A DNA stretch of 64,000 nucleotides, from NCBI GenBank assembly GCA_034780895.1, contig JAUZTB010000048.1, positions 24,270,500 through 24,334,499 of the forward strand, read 5' to 3'. The translations under genes and the position numbers were made by a program. The DNA comes from Rhynchobatus australiae. Lineage: Eukaryota. Position 1 is the stretch's first letter. Each line of letters begins with the position of its first letter. Below, in pieces: positions 40,301 through 53,595 of the stretch. The notes beneath the pieces were generated by a model. It made no database searches, was not told the origin of the DNA, and saw only the letters and a list, made by a program, of their open reading frames with translations.

Positions 40301-42002
40301 ATAGTTGCCTTTGTTGGTTTAGGCCACTTCTTCCTAAGAACAAATTAATATAAGGTAATACACTAGTTTCAACTAAAGAGCAAATACCAACCCAGGCATT
40401 GGGGCCAAAATGACATCCTATGTTATAATTTACATAGTTTCCTGGCAGAAAAGCAAACTAGATTTTAGAAATCTGGAATTGGCCCTTACTAAATTTTATA
40501 AGTACTGGTTCATTCCTCAGTCATTTGCACCCACTTTGTAAACCAGAGAGATTAGAATATTAATACTTGAGGATCAAACATTTGTGCTTTGACTCATCCC
40601 GTTTTATTCTCCAATATCACTCAGAATCTTGGAAATAAATTATTCTTAAACACACAGGTCTTTTTTTACAGTTGTTGTTTATTGAAGACTTTGGTAAAAC
40701 TTTAATCAGCACTTGATCTAAAGTTTAAAACTACCCTGAGTTTACCTTTTTAAAAAGTTATCTATACAAGTGTCAAATGTACTTATCTGCCTTCATACAG
40801 AATGGCCAGATAGCACTGGAGCATTGAATAGAGGTCACTAAGGTAAATGCTCAGATGTTGTAATGTCTGTATCTGTTGCAAAATCTATAGTAACAGCAAA
40901 ATGGAAAATCCTATCTTCAAAACTATTTGGGTATTTGCTGTTTTAAATTGTATAGGTTATAATTTACTCGTTACCAAGTAACATGCCCACTAAAATTTTG
41001 CACAGCAGAACACAGTGTAGAAAAGAACATAAGTGTGGTGTGCTTAATAGATGACAAGGAGTTGTTTGTCTTCCCTCCTCTCCCAAGCAATAGGATTCTG
41101 ACAGCGTCTCTCAATAAAGTAACCTTAGTAAAGTAATTAAGTTCTTTTAAATGAACTTAAAAACATGTTTCATATTTTTAATAAAAGGAAGGCTTTTTTC
41201 TCTGTAATTTTTGAAAGAGAAGATGCTGTAGCAAGTTGAGGAATCCACATTGGCTCTTTCAAGATGATGTTTCCCACCTTCAGCATTGAGTTAGATCTTA
41301 AGCTGCAGGGTTTGGAGTAGGTAAAAGGTGCATTGGAGCTTGAGATTTGATGAGGCAAATGGAAGAGTCCATTTGCTCTTGCCATTGAGTCTGTAGGCAT
41401 CATGTTGACAAACCAATGGGACAAATAATCAGGGAAAGAAAACTGCCCCAAATTATTTGTATTGAATGTGGAAAAACTTTTCTTAAATAAAATCTATTAT
41501 CATAGAATACTTGATGTAATTATATTAGCAAATGGAAGAAAACTGAACCCATGCTGAAAAGGAGGTTGTCTATTGGGCTCAGTTGTGTCCAATCAACACT
41601 GCCACCCCTGCCATTGGCACTTTTCCCATGACCAGACTTGCCTTTACTGGTTCTGCACTGTGTATAACCTTACCACACCCATCCCACAAATTGATGAGCT
41701 GCAGGCTGTGACTAGGTCTCGGGCAGTGATCCTGAGGGCCTGCTCCTGAAATCCTTGAATGTTTTTGACAGCCCTTCCCTGATTTCCACATTTCAAAGCA
41801 CAGTTGTGCAAGTTGGAGATGAACTTAGTGATGAAGAGGGCCATGCTATACCTTCTCATGTCCAGCTAGAGGTAAGTTGGACTAACCTAATTGTTTATGG
41901 CTATGTAAAGCTTGCTCAATGAAATGGAATAAGAAATGAAACAAAATGGCTATTCCTTAGTGGCAGTTAAGCAGAGATTTGTATTTCATTGTGTAGCACA
42001 AT

Positions 42003-42111
42003 TCTGCCAATGCTAGAAATCTGAAACTGCTAGAAATACTCAGTAAACCAAACAGCATCTGTAGAGAGAATTGGAATTAATGTTGCAGTTGCTGATCTTT
42101 TCATTATAACT
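42003..42111 (-). mobile_element. Degenerate Penelope-like pLTR repeat
   Basis: atgctagaaatctgaaactgctagaaatactcag...cagcatctgtagagaga...ttaatgttgcag...cttttcatta; hammerhead core decayed. Confidence 0.6.
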
Positions 42112-44279
42112 CATAACATTGAACACAAAGTTAATCCCAAATGTTTTAATCAGTGCAGGGACTAATTGTCATTAGTAAGTTGCTTATTAAATCAAAATGT
42201 GACGCATGAAGCAAATGCTAAATGTGATTTTAAAACACTCTGGAGCCTAGAAATTGCTTTACTATCCTTTAACAATAATGTAATATTGTTGTGGATCACC
42301 TTGATGCTGATAGTGAAAGTCACTTCAAGATTGAGATCTTCAGCTGCAAAGTTCAGAGCAGTGTTTTGGTTTTTCCTTGTGTTACACCACATTATGTCAG
42401 TTTGAGGTTGATGTTTGCTGTTAATCTTTTGCAAGTTCTTACAATAGGTCAGCATGTAGCCATGCAGGTCCAATCTCTGTACCCAGCTCGCAAAGGGATA
42501 AGCAGCATTTGCAAGCCATACTCTTTCAGTTACAGTAGTGAATTGCAGCTCAAAGAATGAATGTTGAGATGCAGAGAATGGGGTGGGATAGTGCTCCTTG
42601 GAGTTCAAAAGGTCATGAACAATAACCACAGAAAGTATGTTCTTTGTGAAAGGGGGCTATGGAGATCCTTCAAGGGGGGCACTCCTGGCAGAAGGTGGCC
42701 AGGGAGTCTGAGAGCTAATACCATGAGTGCAGTTTATGAAATCCTGTATTTTGTGAAAGCGCAGAATTCAGTTAGATCCCTTTTTCAGTTCTGCCTATTC
42801 CTGTGGGTGAAGAAAAAGTAGATATGGTCTTCTCTCTGTGAGTATGGAATTTGGATAACCTAACTAATGTAGCAGATAACAGCCATAGCAACTGCATGAA
42901 ATGAACCTGAGGCTAGGAATGTGCAAGTTATTATGACCTTAAGCAATTCAGACATCTATAAGAAGGTTGTTGATCTCAAGGGCGACAAAGAATGCTGCTT
43001 GAGCATTGGCCCTTTAAATAGCAAAGTTTCATGGGAAGCAGGATTATTAAAACCTGTTTTATTTAGATGAAGGGAGGTGGAAATTCACACAATGTGAAAG
43101 CTACTTGCTGCACAATGGTTGAAGTCATTTGAAGCTTTAAATCTTGGGATGGGAAAGGTGCCGGGACAAAGAAAAATCCTGCTGAAAGACGGGAAAAATT
43201 CTGCTGACAGGAAAAAGACAAGAAGAATCCTGCTGAAATCTCCTCACTAGTGTTGCATCATCCAGAGATAGGCTCAATATTACTCTTGACAAAACTGAAT
43301 TGTTTGCCACCTGCTGCCCCCTATCCGCAGCACAATTGCACATTAAACATTTATTTTGGATGTTGTGTGAAGGAACTTCTATGCCTGGGTTTCCAAAATG
43401 CATTCCTTAGGGGTGCTTAAAACAAGTTTTGAAGTCTAATGTTTATTTTAAAACACGTCTTCCTGTATCTTCAGGAAATGGCAAAATGCTTCACAATTAG
43501 TGAAGTACAAATACTGTTTTTGACCTTGGTGAGCAATTAAAAGGTTCAACTCAATAATTCCTTTACATCAACATAACTGGGTTGAGCTTTGGTGTGAATT
43601 GCAATGGAGTAGTTGTTATGTTCATAGATTTTGTAAATTCCCCTTCGTAAAACAAAAAGAGATGATTTGATATTGGCAATGGCTCCATTCTTTGGCCATA
43701 TGTGGTTGCCTTGAAAATGGTGTTTATCTTGTGATTGTCAGTTCGTGAAATTTAGGCCAATAAGATAATGTATGATTCTGCATGATGTTCTCTTACCATT
43801 GTTCCTCCTGTTCTTCACACTGGTAAAAGTGGTAGAACTAGAAGGTATTTCAAATAAATTAACTTGAGTTTTTATTAGCACAATCTGTACTTCAGATACC
43901 ATGCACTGATTTTGATCAGATGAACCTAGATGTAGAATGTCTTGCAACTATTGTGTACACTGAAGTGTTGTAGAGGCTTTAAAGGCTCCTAAGAGTGCTC
44001 AGGCACTGCTCTGATCCACATCAACAAGTGCTGACAAAAGCAGTGTTTTTTTTTGATATGGATGCTGCAAAGCTCCAGGAATTGTGTGTTGAAGGTTATT
44101 GGGTGATGTCTTGAATATCTCTTGATGGTAAGTACTTGGTATTTTATGCCTCTTGTCAGTCTTGGTTTGGATATGCTTCAACACAATAAATAGAGAATTT
44201 TTCAGGCTGAAGGATATCTTCCACNNNNNNNNNNNNNNNNNNNNNNNNNNNNNNNNNNNNNNNNNNNNNNNNNNNNAAA

Positions 44280-46120
44280 TGAACTTGATGGGGCAGGAGG
44301 GTGAGTGGGCTTCTACATGTCCCTGATGATGGGGCTCCAGGTTATCATTGCTAACCTGTATTTTGAAAAGTCATAGGCCAAATATTCCTGAGTTGGTAGG
44401 AATGTTGCATTTTTTTTTCCAAGGAAACTTTTGAAACATCCTTCAATCTTTTTCTGTCCTTCTAAATTTCTTGCTGTGATGGAATGAAGAATGCCTCCAG
44501 TGTGCCAGCCGCATTTGAAGTTCAAGAGCTGAAATCTCACAAAGCCTGTAGTGTACTGATCAGCACTGATTTTCCTCTTCCTTCACCACCCACACCCCTC
44601 CCAACCTCATAGGCTTGACACATGGGCCACCAAGGTCACGTCTGGAAAATCCTCCAAATTCATAGGCAGGAAATGCAGTTCTCTCTCCCAGTCTAACATC
44701 CCCAGCCTTGAGACTCTTGTTACCTTAGCCAGCTCTAAAGGATGGGCCTTGTTGTTCCCATACCTCAGATCACAAGAGCCACTTTCAGTCATGGGCCTGT
44801 GCTGGAAAGCTAAAGGCAGTGAAATATTTTGCTTGCAGCAGTGAGTACCAAGGCATCTTAAATAACAATTCCCCTTCCCTATCTATTTTGGTAAAGTTAC
44901 GGCATTGGAATGTACCAGAAAGGGTGCAAGGACACACAATATTTGCAAGATAAATATAATGTCAGCCAGTTACTGCCTGATCTACTCCCAAGAAAATATT
45001 GGTGCTTTGTCATTAATGTCTTCTCTAAGAGGAGGCTCCTTGGATGTGGAAAACTACCTTAATTTCTTTTAATATCCTTAAAGGTCTTTTTGACCTTGAT
45101 TGTTGGCAGGGTTGGGGGAGTCAGAGGGTGGCTGGAGGGAGTGGGAGGTTAGTGTTGTATAGCAGGCTGATGGACTTTGCTTGGGTTTTGCAGATGCTTA
45201 GCATCAAGATCTATTCTTTAATATCTTCAGTGAACCAGTCAATGATAACTTGGAACTCCTGCCTCTGAATGTGTGCACGTGCAATCATTGTTTGTGTACT
45301 GTGGGTCGATGACTGACTGAGATTGGAGTGACCTTGGCTCAGGAGTTGAGGCAACATGCTTGAACACTTTACCATTTGTTCTGTACATTTCAGCGGGAAG
45401 CTTGTTGGAGGAATAAAGATTGAAGAGTGTTGGTCAATGCTGCAACCTTGTTTAACAACAGTCAACAATGTGACGAGTCTGTGGTGGACTCTGTTTAAAA
45501 TCATGACTTGAATACTGTTGTACAGCAGAAATAGAATGGAGGTGAATTTCTGAGGTACCCAAATTTGAGAACCGCATGCCATAGTCCCCCTCCCTTCACA
45601 GTTTAAAAACCTGATTTTTGTGAGCTCAGTATAAAGCCACGTGCTGTGGTTGATGCACCCCCCTTGATTATTGTGCATTGAAAATAATATCTTCTGTGCC
45701 TCCTCGTGGATCAAATCTGCAATGTGATTTTTGAGGAGCTCTTCACAGGAAGAGTCAGTTGACGAGGGCTTTGGTAATGGCTTTTCCTTTTGTGGACAGT
45801 GAGAGACTCCTCAGTGGTTACTGTATTCGGATTTTTCTCATTTCATGAAGGTGATCAGTGACAGCATTGGATGGATGCATATTTAACAGGAGGAGCTCAC
45901 TCCAGTTCACTTTGTAACTGGTCTTGAAACTTCCCCTTCTATCCTGGATCCTTCAGTTGTGTTCAAAGTTTTGTGTGTCGCTCTTCGGGTCTTCAATGAG
46001 GATTCTGGCATCCTAGGTTCTGAAGTTAAGCTTTTTCAGTGGTGGAGATCCTCCTGTCTTCAGTTCCACGATCAGGAGAGGTGGGACAGGCTGTGTTTGG
46101 AGGTGACTCTTCTAGCCCCA
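44280..46120 (-). mobile_element. Decayed RTE-clade LINE (RT domain and 3' part, interrupted)
   Basis: Minus-strand remnants of KGDKS.C.NYRGISL, KFG.PQKF, TVVKQGC and GQKK..KDV. Confidence 0.7.
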
Positions 46121-47889
46121 CTGCATTTGGGGTAATCAGACGGTCTCCCAAGGGGGACCGCTTAGTTGTGGATGCAGCAGCCAAAAGATACCCCTGCCCC
46201 AATATATTGGATCATTCTTTTCCTGGAACTCTCCTGCAGTGTTGCTGCTCAAGCTGGCCCTGCACTGGAATTGCATGGGATCCTCCACACCACAGTGAGG
46301 AGATGATCCCTGGAGTGTCAGATGGAATTGGGCAGCTTCTGCCATTTTTACTGTCATTGAACCATTACCAAAACAAAATCATTGGTATCGTATTCTCCCA
46401 AATGCTGCCTTCATATTCCAAGCAGTTGTTTGCACCTTCTCCAGACAGCTTGGATTAACAGTTATATGGATTCTGGGGCCAAATGGTTCTTGTAAAAACC
46501 CAAACTGAGCATTGGTGAGCAGATTTTGTGAGCAGGTCATGGGGGCACTGATTTATTCATTCAATTTCCTGGTTGAGTGGAAGTTAGGTCTGTAACTGGC
46601 TGTGGCTAGACTTGATTTGTGAATACTAAATGTTCTTCTACAACTTCGGGTAGATTCCATTTGTAGCAGCTGGCTTGGGAATAATGAATGTTAGTTCAGA
46701 TGCATTAGCTTTCACTGCTGCAGGCAAAATACCATCAGAGCCTCTAGCTTGCCGTGCCAATATAGGCCCACTATTGAAGCAATAATCCTATTGATCCTAT
46801 AGCAAATACTTCAAGGCAAACAACAATTTCTGGACCAGATTACTCTTGTCACACTTGCATCAGGTATCATTAAAGACTTTGATTTGAGCCATAATGGTGC
46901 TGTAGCAGAAGTAGAAACATGATCTCATTGCCCTATTCTGTCTTCATAGCTTTGAACTTTTGTCTAAATATTTAGATAACCATTTCTGTTGCTTTTAAAA
47001 AAAATTGTCTCAATCGCTCTGTAGCAACCCATGCAATTCCTAGCAGCACAAGGATCATTTGACCCTTACTGCTGAGTACCCCTTGTTCCCCCACTTATCC
47101 ATAATCAGGAGGTGGTGATGGTAGTAGTGTAACTATTTGCACAAACTTTCCCAAATGTGAGATGCTGTGTTACATTAACTGTGTGTAAATAATTTCTGGC
47201 ACTGCATTAGAAGGCTGATGCATTGGGCAGACGCTCTTAAAGCTGATAGATGTGCTAAAACTAACCTAAGGAAAAGCTGAACCTCGCAACAATGTATCTA
47301 AACTTAAGATGAGATGTAGANNNNNNNNNNNNNNNNNNNNNNNATTGGAGGCTTGGAACTATACACTTCTCATGAGAAAAGATAACTTTAAACTTTTTAC
47401 ATTCTGCATTTGAGAGGTCACATTTGTTTGGCCTGAGGTTTCGCCTAAGTGCAGTTGGAATGTGTACATTTGCATCAATAAATCCTTGTCTGTTATGTTA
47501 CAATTCATGTTATGCACTGGTCTCCTTTAGCAGTTCAGTACATTGTGTATTACATGTCAACATGTTTCTGTTACTACAAAACTGTTATCTTTGACATGGG
47601 AACAAAACCTTGGGAGTCTTGTGTTTAAATATGTTCCATTAGATAGTGCTTGCCTTCACTGAAAACTTAAGTCACTTGATTTAAAAATTGCATTTTTAAA
47701 AATGATCTGTGCTTGCACATCCACAAATATATTTTGTCAATTCCAGTTCCCAACAGAATTTGCATTGATAATTATTAAAAAGATCCTTGGGTGCAAAAAT
47801 TAAAGACTTGCTGGAGTTTGTGTAGTAACTTTAAAATTCATGCAGTTGACTTCCTTGGATGACTTCTTGACATGCTTGGATTTAAAAAA

Positions 47890-48385
47890 AACTCAACACT
47901 GGTGAACTGGGCAGACAAGTTTAATGCAAAGCAATGGGAAGTACTTCATTGTGAGGAAGAATGCAATAAAGCAACATAAATGGAATCTTAAAGACATTTA
48001 TTGAAATGATACAATACATGAAGGATTTGTTACATGAAAGGATTATAGAAGCAAGAATTGCTGTCCTTAGTGGAGAAAATTAAGGGGAAGTATTTTTTAA
48101 CAAAAATAGAGGTAAGTAACAAGAAGCTGCTTCTATTTAGGAAACACAGCAGACTTTCCAAGTATTGGTCTTGAGAAGCAATGTCTTCATGCAAGAAGTG
48201 CCTGTAGTCAGAAATAAACATCTGCAGAAGGTGGTAGAAATGGATTTGGTAGTAATATTTTAAAAAAAGAATTGGATGTACATTTAAAAAGGAAACATTT
48301 TACGAGAGTGAGACCAGTTGGATTACTCGGCACTGACGGACATGGTGGACTGAATGACTTCCTTTTGTGCAATGTGATTCTGTTA
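47890..48385 (+). mobile_element. Highly decayed CR1 LINE 3' fragment
   Basis: gggcagacaagtttaatgca...gaagtacttcatt (W...FN..KC.V.H-like), gaattggatgtacattt, and tail ggactgaatgacttccttttgtgc. Confidence 0.6.
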
Positions 48386-49631
48386 CAGTTCATTAGTCTT
48401 GAATTAAAATTAGTTATATGCACCTGGAGCCAGAAATAAAACCACACCTTTTTGCCCTGCTATAACCATCTCCCATTGGATCAAACTATAGAACATTTAT
48501 AAGTTTGCACTTTGGATCATAATTGCTGCCTGTCATTGTATTGCTGGCCGCATTATTGAAACAGTGTAATTCCAGCACTTAAGGGGTTAATAACAAATGA
48601 AGTTCTTTTGAAGTGCCAAACTGCAGGACGGGTNNNNNNNNNNTCAATTCTGAAATAACATTTTTGCAGCTGATGTGTTATAAAGCAAGAGAAAAGTTGT
48701 TGAAAGTGAGTGAGCTGCAGCAGTTTTGTCCCTGCCAACTGTTTGCTTTTCTCTTAAAACCATACTTTGCAGGCCAACCAATAGAAACAGTTGCATACAA
48801 CCAGCTTGTTCTCTAAGGCAGTGATTGTCAGTACTGTGACCTTGTTTGTTTTAAATTGCAGCCAGTCAACATTTGCTGGGGAGGAGCTAATGTGGGAGGC
48901 TGCTAACAGTGCTCTGCGCCTGGTGGAGAGACCTTTCGAAGAGATTGCAACTTTACTTTTAATGTTCTTATCATATTTTTAATGTTTCTGAGTTGGAGCT
49001 TGGACAAAATAAATTCTTTCCATGCTCAAGTTCCAAGACTTTATGAACTTCCCTTTGGCCTGTAGATCAACTGACTGACCAAGAAAATTTGTTTTTTTGG
49101 CATTTTGAAATGCTGTGCTCAGCATCCTGCCAAGTCTTTCGGCTACTTGGCTCCGTTTTACAGTCAGAACCAGTTTGCTCTGGTTATACTGCATGGCGCA
49201 TATGGGGGATATCCTGTGGATTTTTAAATTTTTGTCATCTGGTTTGTTTTCTATGCATTACTTCTGGCTGCAAGGGTACCTGATTTTATATCTTTTTTAC
49301 AATGCACTCTGATTTATCTTTTGTAGATTAATTGTATACATCCTTTAACATTGGGAGGATTAACAGTCAAGTATAGCTTTCAGATGAACCAGGGTAAGAG
49401 GGAAGGCAATAAAGGGCCAATGCATGTAGACATATTTATTTACCACCTTTTTTAAGCTCTGCATGATCCTTTTTTTCATTACTTGCAATTGTTAAATGTA
49501 ATACTTTGACCTCTTGCTCAAAGCTGTTGGTCACTAATATCATTTTTGGCTCTGTATCAATTTTTATCTGATCAAGCTCATTATCTGCCATTTAAGATGT
49601 TATGCTACTTGAAAGGCACTCTGTTTATTGA

Positions 49632-50010
49632 TAGCTGTGGCTCAGTTTGTAGCACTTGAACTCAAATCTATGTTAATGTTCCAGGGAAGAACTGAGAGCG
49701 CTGTACAGTAGGGGGTGTTGTCTTTTGGATCTGATAGTAAACAGAGACCTGATCTGCTGGCTTGGGTGGTTGTAAAAGATGCCGTGATGCTATTTTGATG
49801 AAGACTGTGGGACGTCCCTGTGTTCCAGCCAGTACACATCCTTCAATCAATGTTACTCAGCAACACGATAATGATCAAACAATCTATTTGTGGAGCTTGT
49901 GTGCAAATCTGTGGTTGCCTTTCCTACTTTATAACATTGATTCCATGTAAAAAGCACTCAATTCATTGTATGATGTTCTAAAGTGGTTAAAGGTCTGTTT
50001 AAATGCAATT
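49632..50010 (+). mobile_element. DeuSINE (SacSINE1-like), near full length, directly after an L2 tail (~49500-49620)
   Basis: Head gctgtggctcagtttgtagcact; Deu domain gtcttttggat...aaacagagacc...gtaaaagatgccgtgatgctattttgatgaaga...tttgtggagcttgtgtgcaaat...tttcctac; tail aaaggtctgtttaaatgcaa. Confidence 0.8.
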
Positions 50011-50044
50011 CCTCCATTTTGTAAATATACTTACCAAGTCAGAG

Positions 50045-50345
50045 TCTCAGACCATTGAGTTCATGTTGGTTCCAGCTGAGCAATCCCATTGCTGCTCTTC
50101 ATATCCCTTTTAATAATACAATTTATTCTCTTTTGTATGTTCATCAACACCTCTTGGTTCTTTTGCCACTTACCTTCACTAAGGGGTGATTTGCAGGAGC
50201 CAGTTAACCTACTTGTCCGTCCTTAGGATTTGGGAGGGAGCAGAAGCACCTGGTGGAAACCCTCACATTTACAGAAAGAATGTGCAAACTCCACAAGGAC
50301 AGCTCCCAAGATCAGGATTGAATACGTTCGGTTGCTGCATCACTC
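50045..50345 (-). mobile_element. HE1-like V-SINE
   Basis: Antisense V domain gggagggagcagaagcacctggtggaaaccc...agaatgtgcaaactccaca and antisense B-box tcaggattgaa. Confidence 0.8.
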
Positions 50346-51874
50346 AGCAAACCATTGCTGTAAAGTTTACTTCCACTTCAGACACAGTAGCTGGGAGAAA
50401 AGGGGAGTTCTGAAAATCAAGCTGCAAGGGTGTCTCAGTTCTGTATGACATGTTTACATATTTTCCATTACCAGTGTGGAAGGGGAGATTATATTGGGGG
50501 GGGGGGGGGTGGGTGTGGGTGGGATGGGGAGACAGGAAATGTGTGCAGATGCAAGATTTAAACAAAATGTTACTGCACTTTTGTATTTTATTCCTTAATG
50601 TCTAGCAAACACAATTGTTCTAGCATAACTTCTGTTGCAACAGAGGGTAGTCGAGTAGAGAATAATTTAACTAAACTCGCCACTGATTTTTCCAGAACTT
50701 TGAGCCCACTTCTAACTTTTGATAGACCCACATGCAGTAATGTTTAGTCTTATTCTTAATAGCCCAACATTCCACANNNNNNNNNNNNNNNNNNNNNNNN
50801 NNNNNNNNNNNNNNNNNNNNNNNNNNNNNNNNNNNNNNNNNNNNNNNNNNNNNNNNNNNNNNNNNNNNNNNNNNNNGATATTTGGTATGGATGAGCCTTT
50901 GAGTGTAAAAGGTCCAAAAATTAAAAAATCTTTAAGTGCTGTTTGTGTGTATGTTCATGTACACTATTGTCTAGAAATTGTTTGTCTTGCTGTTGATACA
51001 AATTTCATTTCTTATCCATTTTTAGATTAAAATTTTTAAAGTGAAATTTAGCTTTTGAGCCCTAATAAATTAATAGATTATAGAAGAGCAATGACCTAAA
51101 GAGCTTAAGCTTTAACAGTAAACAAAGTAAACTGAAATCTGTATTACTGTCACTACAAGATTTTAAAATCTTGGTGAGAGATCTCTGGAATACCTAGTGT
51201 CAGAGACTCCTTTCTAAAGCTGAAGGTTCAAACAGGAGGACTTCATGAAAAAGAGTTATCAGGGTATTGAAGGCTGATTCCTTGGGCTTAGTCAGGGATC
51301 TTGGTATTTCTTCCTTGTTCTGCCCCATTAAAGCATTCCAGTGCTCTGACATGGTTTCATTTGAATGGGTAGGGAGCTGCCTTAAGTGCAGATAGCTGCT
51401 GGCATCTTTTGGAAGTTGTTGTGCTGGGAGAAATGACTAGATTTAGAAACCAGTCAAAAAGTACTGAATCATGACAAGTGTAAAACATCCTAGCACTATA
51501 ATGTTGTATATCAGAATTTTCACAGAAATTGCATGTAATGTACATGTTTCTTGGGCATTTTTCTTCATTTTATTAAAGCATTTATCCTCTGAAATTAATC
51601 CTGTGTGACACTGACTTTCACACAGCCTCAAATTTGTCTTTCAACACATTAGTACTGCCACAATTATTAAAGAAAATGTAAGTGCTTTTCAAAAGAAACC
51701 TCTGAACTAAGTATTGAGACAGGGTTGCTGCTGTTTCTTGGTGTGCTAAACCATTGCTTAAGACGGGCATAAATTTGGGTTCCTCCTCCGAGAATGTTAT
51801 AAAATTTGTGATCAAGAACAAGTGTACTGCATCAGAAGAGCAAGTTAAAGTACAGTTTGCACAGCTTGCAACAG

Positions 51875-52207
51875 GATGACACAGCAAAGAAAGCCACTGC
51901 TTCACACAGTACCACAGTTCAAGTCCTGACTTTGTGGAGTTTGTATATTCTCCCTGTCACCTTGTGGGTTTACTCTGGATGCTCCGGTTTCCTCCCACGT
52001 CCCAAAGGTGTGCAGAATGATAGGTTAATTAGCCACTAAGTTGCCCCCAGTGTGTAGGTGTGTAGTAGAATCTGGGGAAGGGGGCCAGGGAGAGGAGTTG
52101 AAGAGGCTGCGAGGCAAATAGAAAATGCACTCAGTGTAGGGTTAGTGTCAAAAGGGGTAGTTGGTGTGTAGTGCTTGGGTGGGGGGCTGTCTCTGTGCTG
52201 TATCTCC
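51875..52207 (+). mobile_element. HE1-like V-SINE
   Basis: gttcaagtcctgact, tgtggagtttgtatattctccctgt...gctccggtttcctcccacgtcccaaag, and tail ctgtctctgtgctgtatctc. Confidence 0.85.
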
Positions 52208-52803
52208 TGGATTGCTGCAAAGCTTTAGAACTGATCCAAATTAAGCCAAGTCATAGAAACAGATGAGAGTCAGCCCTTTAGGCACATTATCCACAGCAGC
52301 CAGAAAGCAACAGAACCCTGTGCCCTAGACATCCATTGAAGTGAGAGAGACAGCGGGGAAAATGAAGAGAGCTCCAGGATTTGAAGAAAAGATAATTTAA
52401 AGCGCTCATCCACGAGGAGACCATGATCTCCGCTCTGCACACTATTTTGCAAGAAATCGGCAACAAATCTGTCACAGTGCCAGTGGTTCAAATAACAGCT
52501 GTTTTGGAGGTACTGAGGGAGGTCACTGAATGTCATTTTGCATCTATTTGGCCTCGCCCTGATCCAGACAGGGATTGGTCTCTGCCACAGGAGAGTAGCT
52601 TGAAACTCTAAAGGAACATCTTATGCTGGCCGGGGAACAGCTTGATGCCGTGATTGAACAGAGAGATTCCACCTGTGAGTAGATTGCTGCTCTCAGTAGA
52701 GCTGAGGAGACCATCCATGAGTTCTCCAAGAGCAGCTAGCTGTTCTGTACAAACAGCTGCTATGCATCAGAGAGCAGAGATGTCATGAATGATTAGATCA
52801 CTC

Positions 52804-53404
52804 TCCTAGATGAGCAGAAATGCAACATATGTGAATTTGTTTATTTTTGTAGGATTAGAGACCTAACTCTTCCCCCCCCTCATCCCCCACCAGCACTCAT
52901 CCCTTCATTGTGAGTATGGTCCTGCTCAGGTTGCACAGAGATATGATTCCAAGGAGAAAAGTGAACACAGCACAGGGCCCATTCACCTGTGATTTGGGGT
53001 TAGTCAGCCTCTGAACTGGAGGTTGAAAGAATGCAGATGCTGGAAAAACTCAGCAGGTCAGACAGCATCTCTGGAGGAAATAGTCAGTATTTTGGATTGA
53101 AACCCCTCATCTGGACTGTAAGAGAAGAGGGGAGATTGCTGTCTCCAGCAAATGAAGCAGTCCACACCTATGCATTTGCTCCTCAACCACATTCTGACTT
53201 GGACTGAAAAGTAGCAGGTAATGTTTGAGTCACAGAAGTGCCAGTGGTCGAAGAAGGTGCTCAGTACCATTACAGGCATTTGTCAGTCTTTCACCACCCT
53301 CCCACCACCTACCAATACCACTTAAACAATTGTTGTCCTAGATGAGCAGAGATGCGACATACATGAATTTATCCTTTTTTTATATAGGATCAGAGACCTA
53401 GCTC
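52804..53404 (+). repeat. Imperfect ~66-69 bp direct repeat (52804-52869 and 53336-53404)
   Basis: tcctagatgagcagaaatgcaacatatgtgaattt...taggattagagacctaactc versus tcctagatgagcagagatgcgacatacatgaattt...taggatcagagacctagctc. Confidence 0.85.
53025..53130 (-). mobile_element. Penelope-like pLTR repeat with decayed hammerhead (53081-53118)
   Basis: gcagatgctggaaaaactcagcaggtcagacagcatc...tagtcagtattttggattgaaacccctcatctggactg. Confidence 0.75.
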
Positions 53405-53439
53405 GGTCTGTCTTGGACTCCACCCTTTGATTTCTTCAC

Positions 53440-53595
53440 TCCATCCCCTACTCTGCAACTTAGCATGCTTGATTTCCAACTCTTCTCCATCCCAATGAAA
53501 GATCACCAACGTAAAACATTAACTTTGTTTCTCTCTCCACAGATGCTGCCTGATCTGAGTATTTACAGTGTTCTGTTTCCTTTACAAATTTCCAT
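53440..53595 (+). mobile_element. Penelope-like pLTR repeat (decayed), inverted relative to 53025-53130
   Basis: ccaatgaaagatcaccaacgtaaaacattaact...tctctctccacagatgctgcctgatctgagtattt. Confidence 0.7.
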
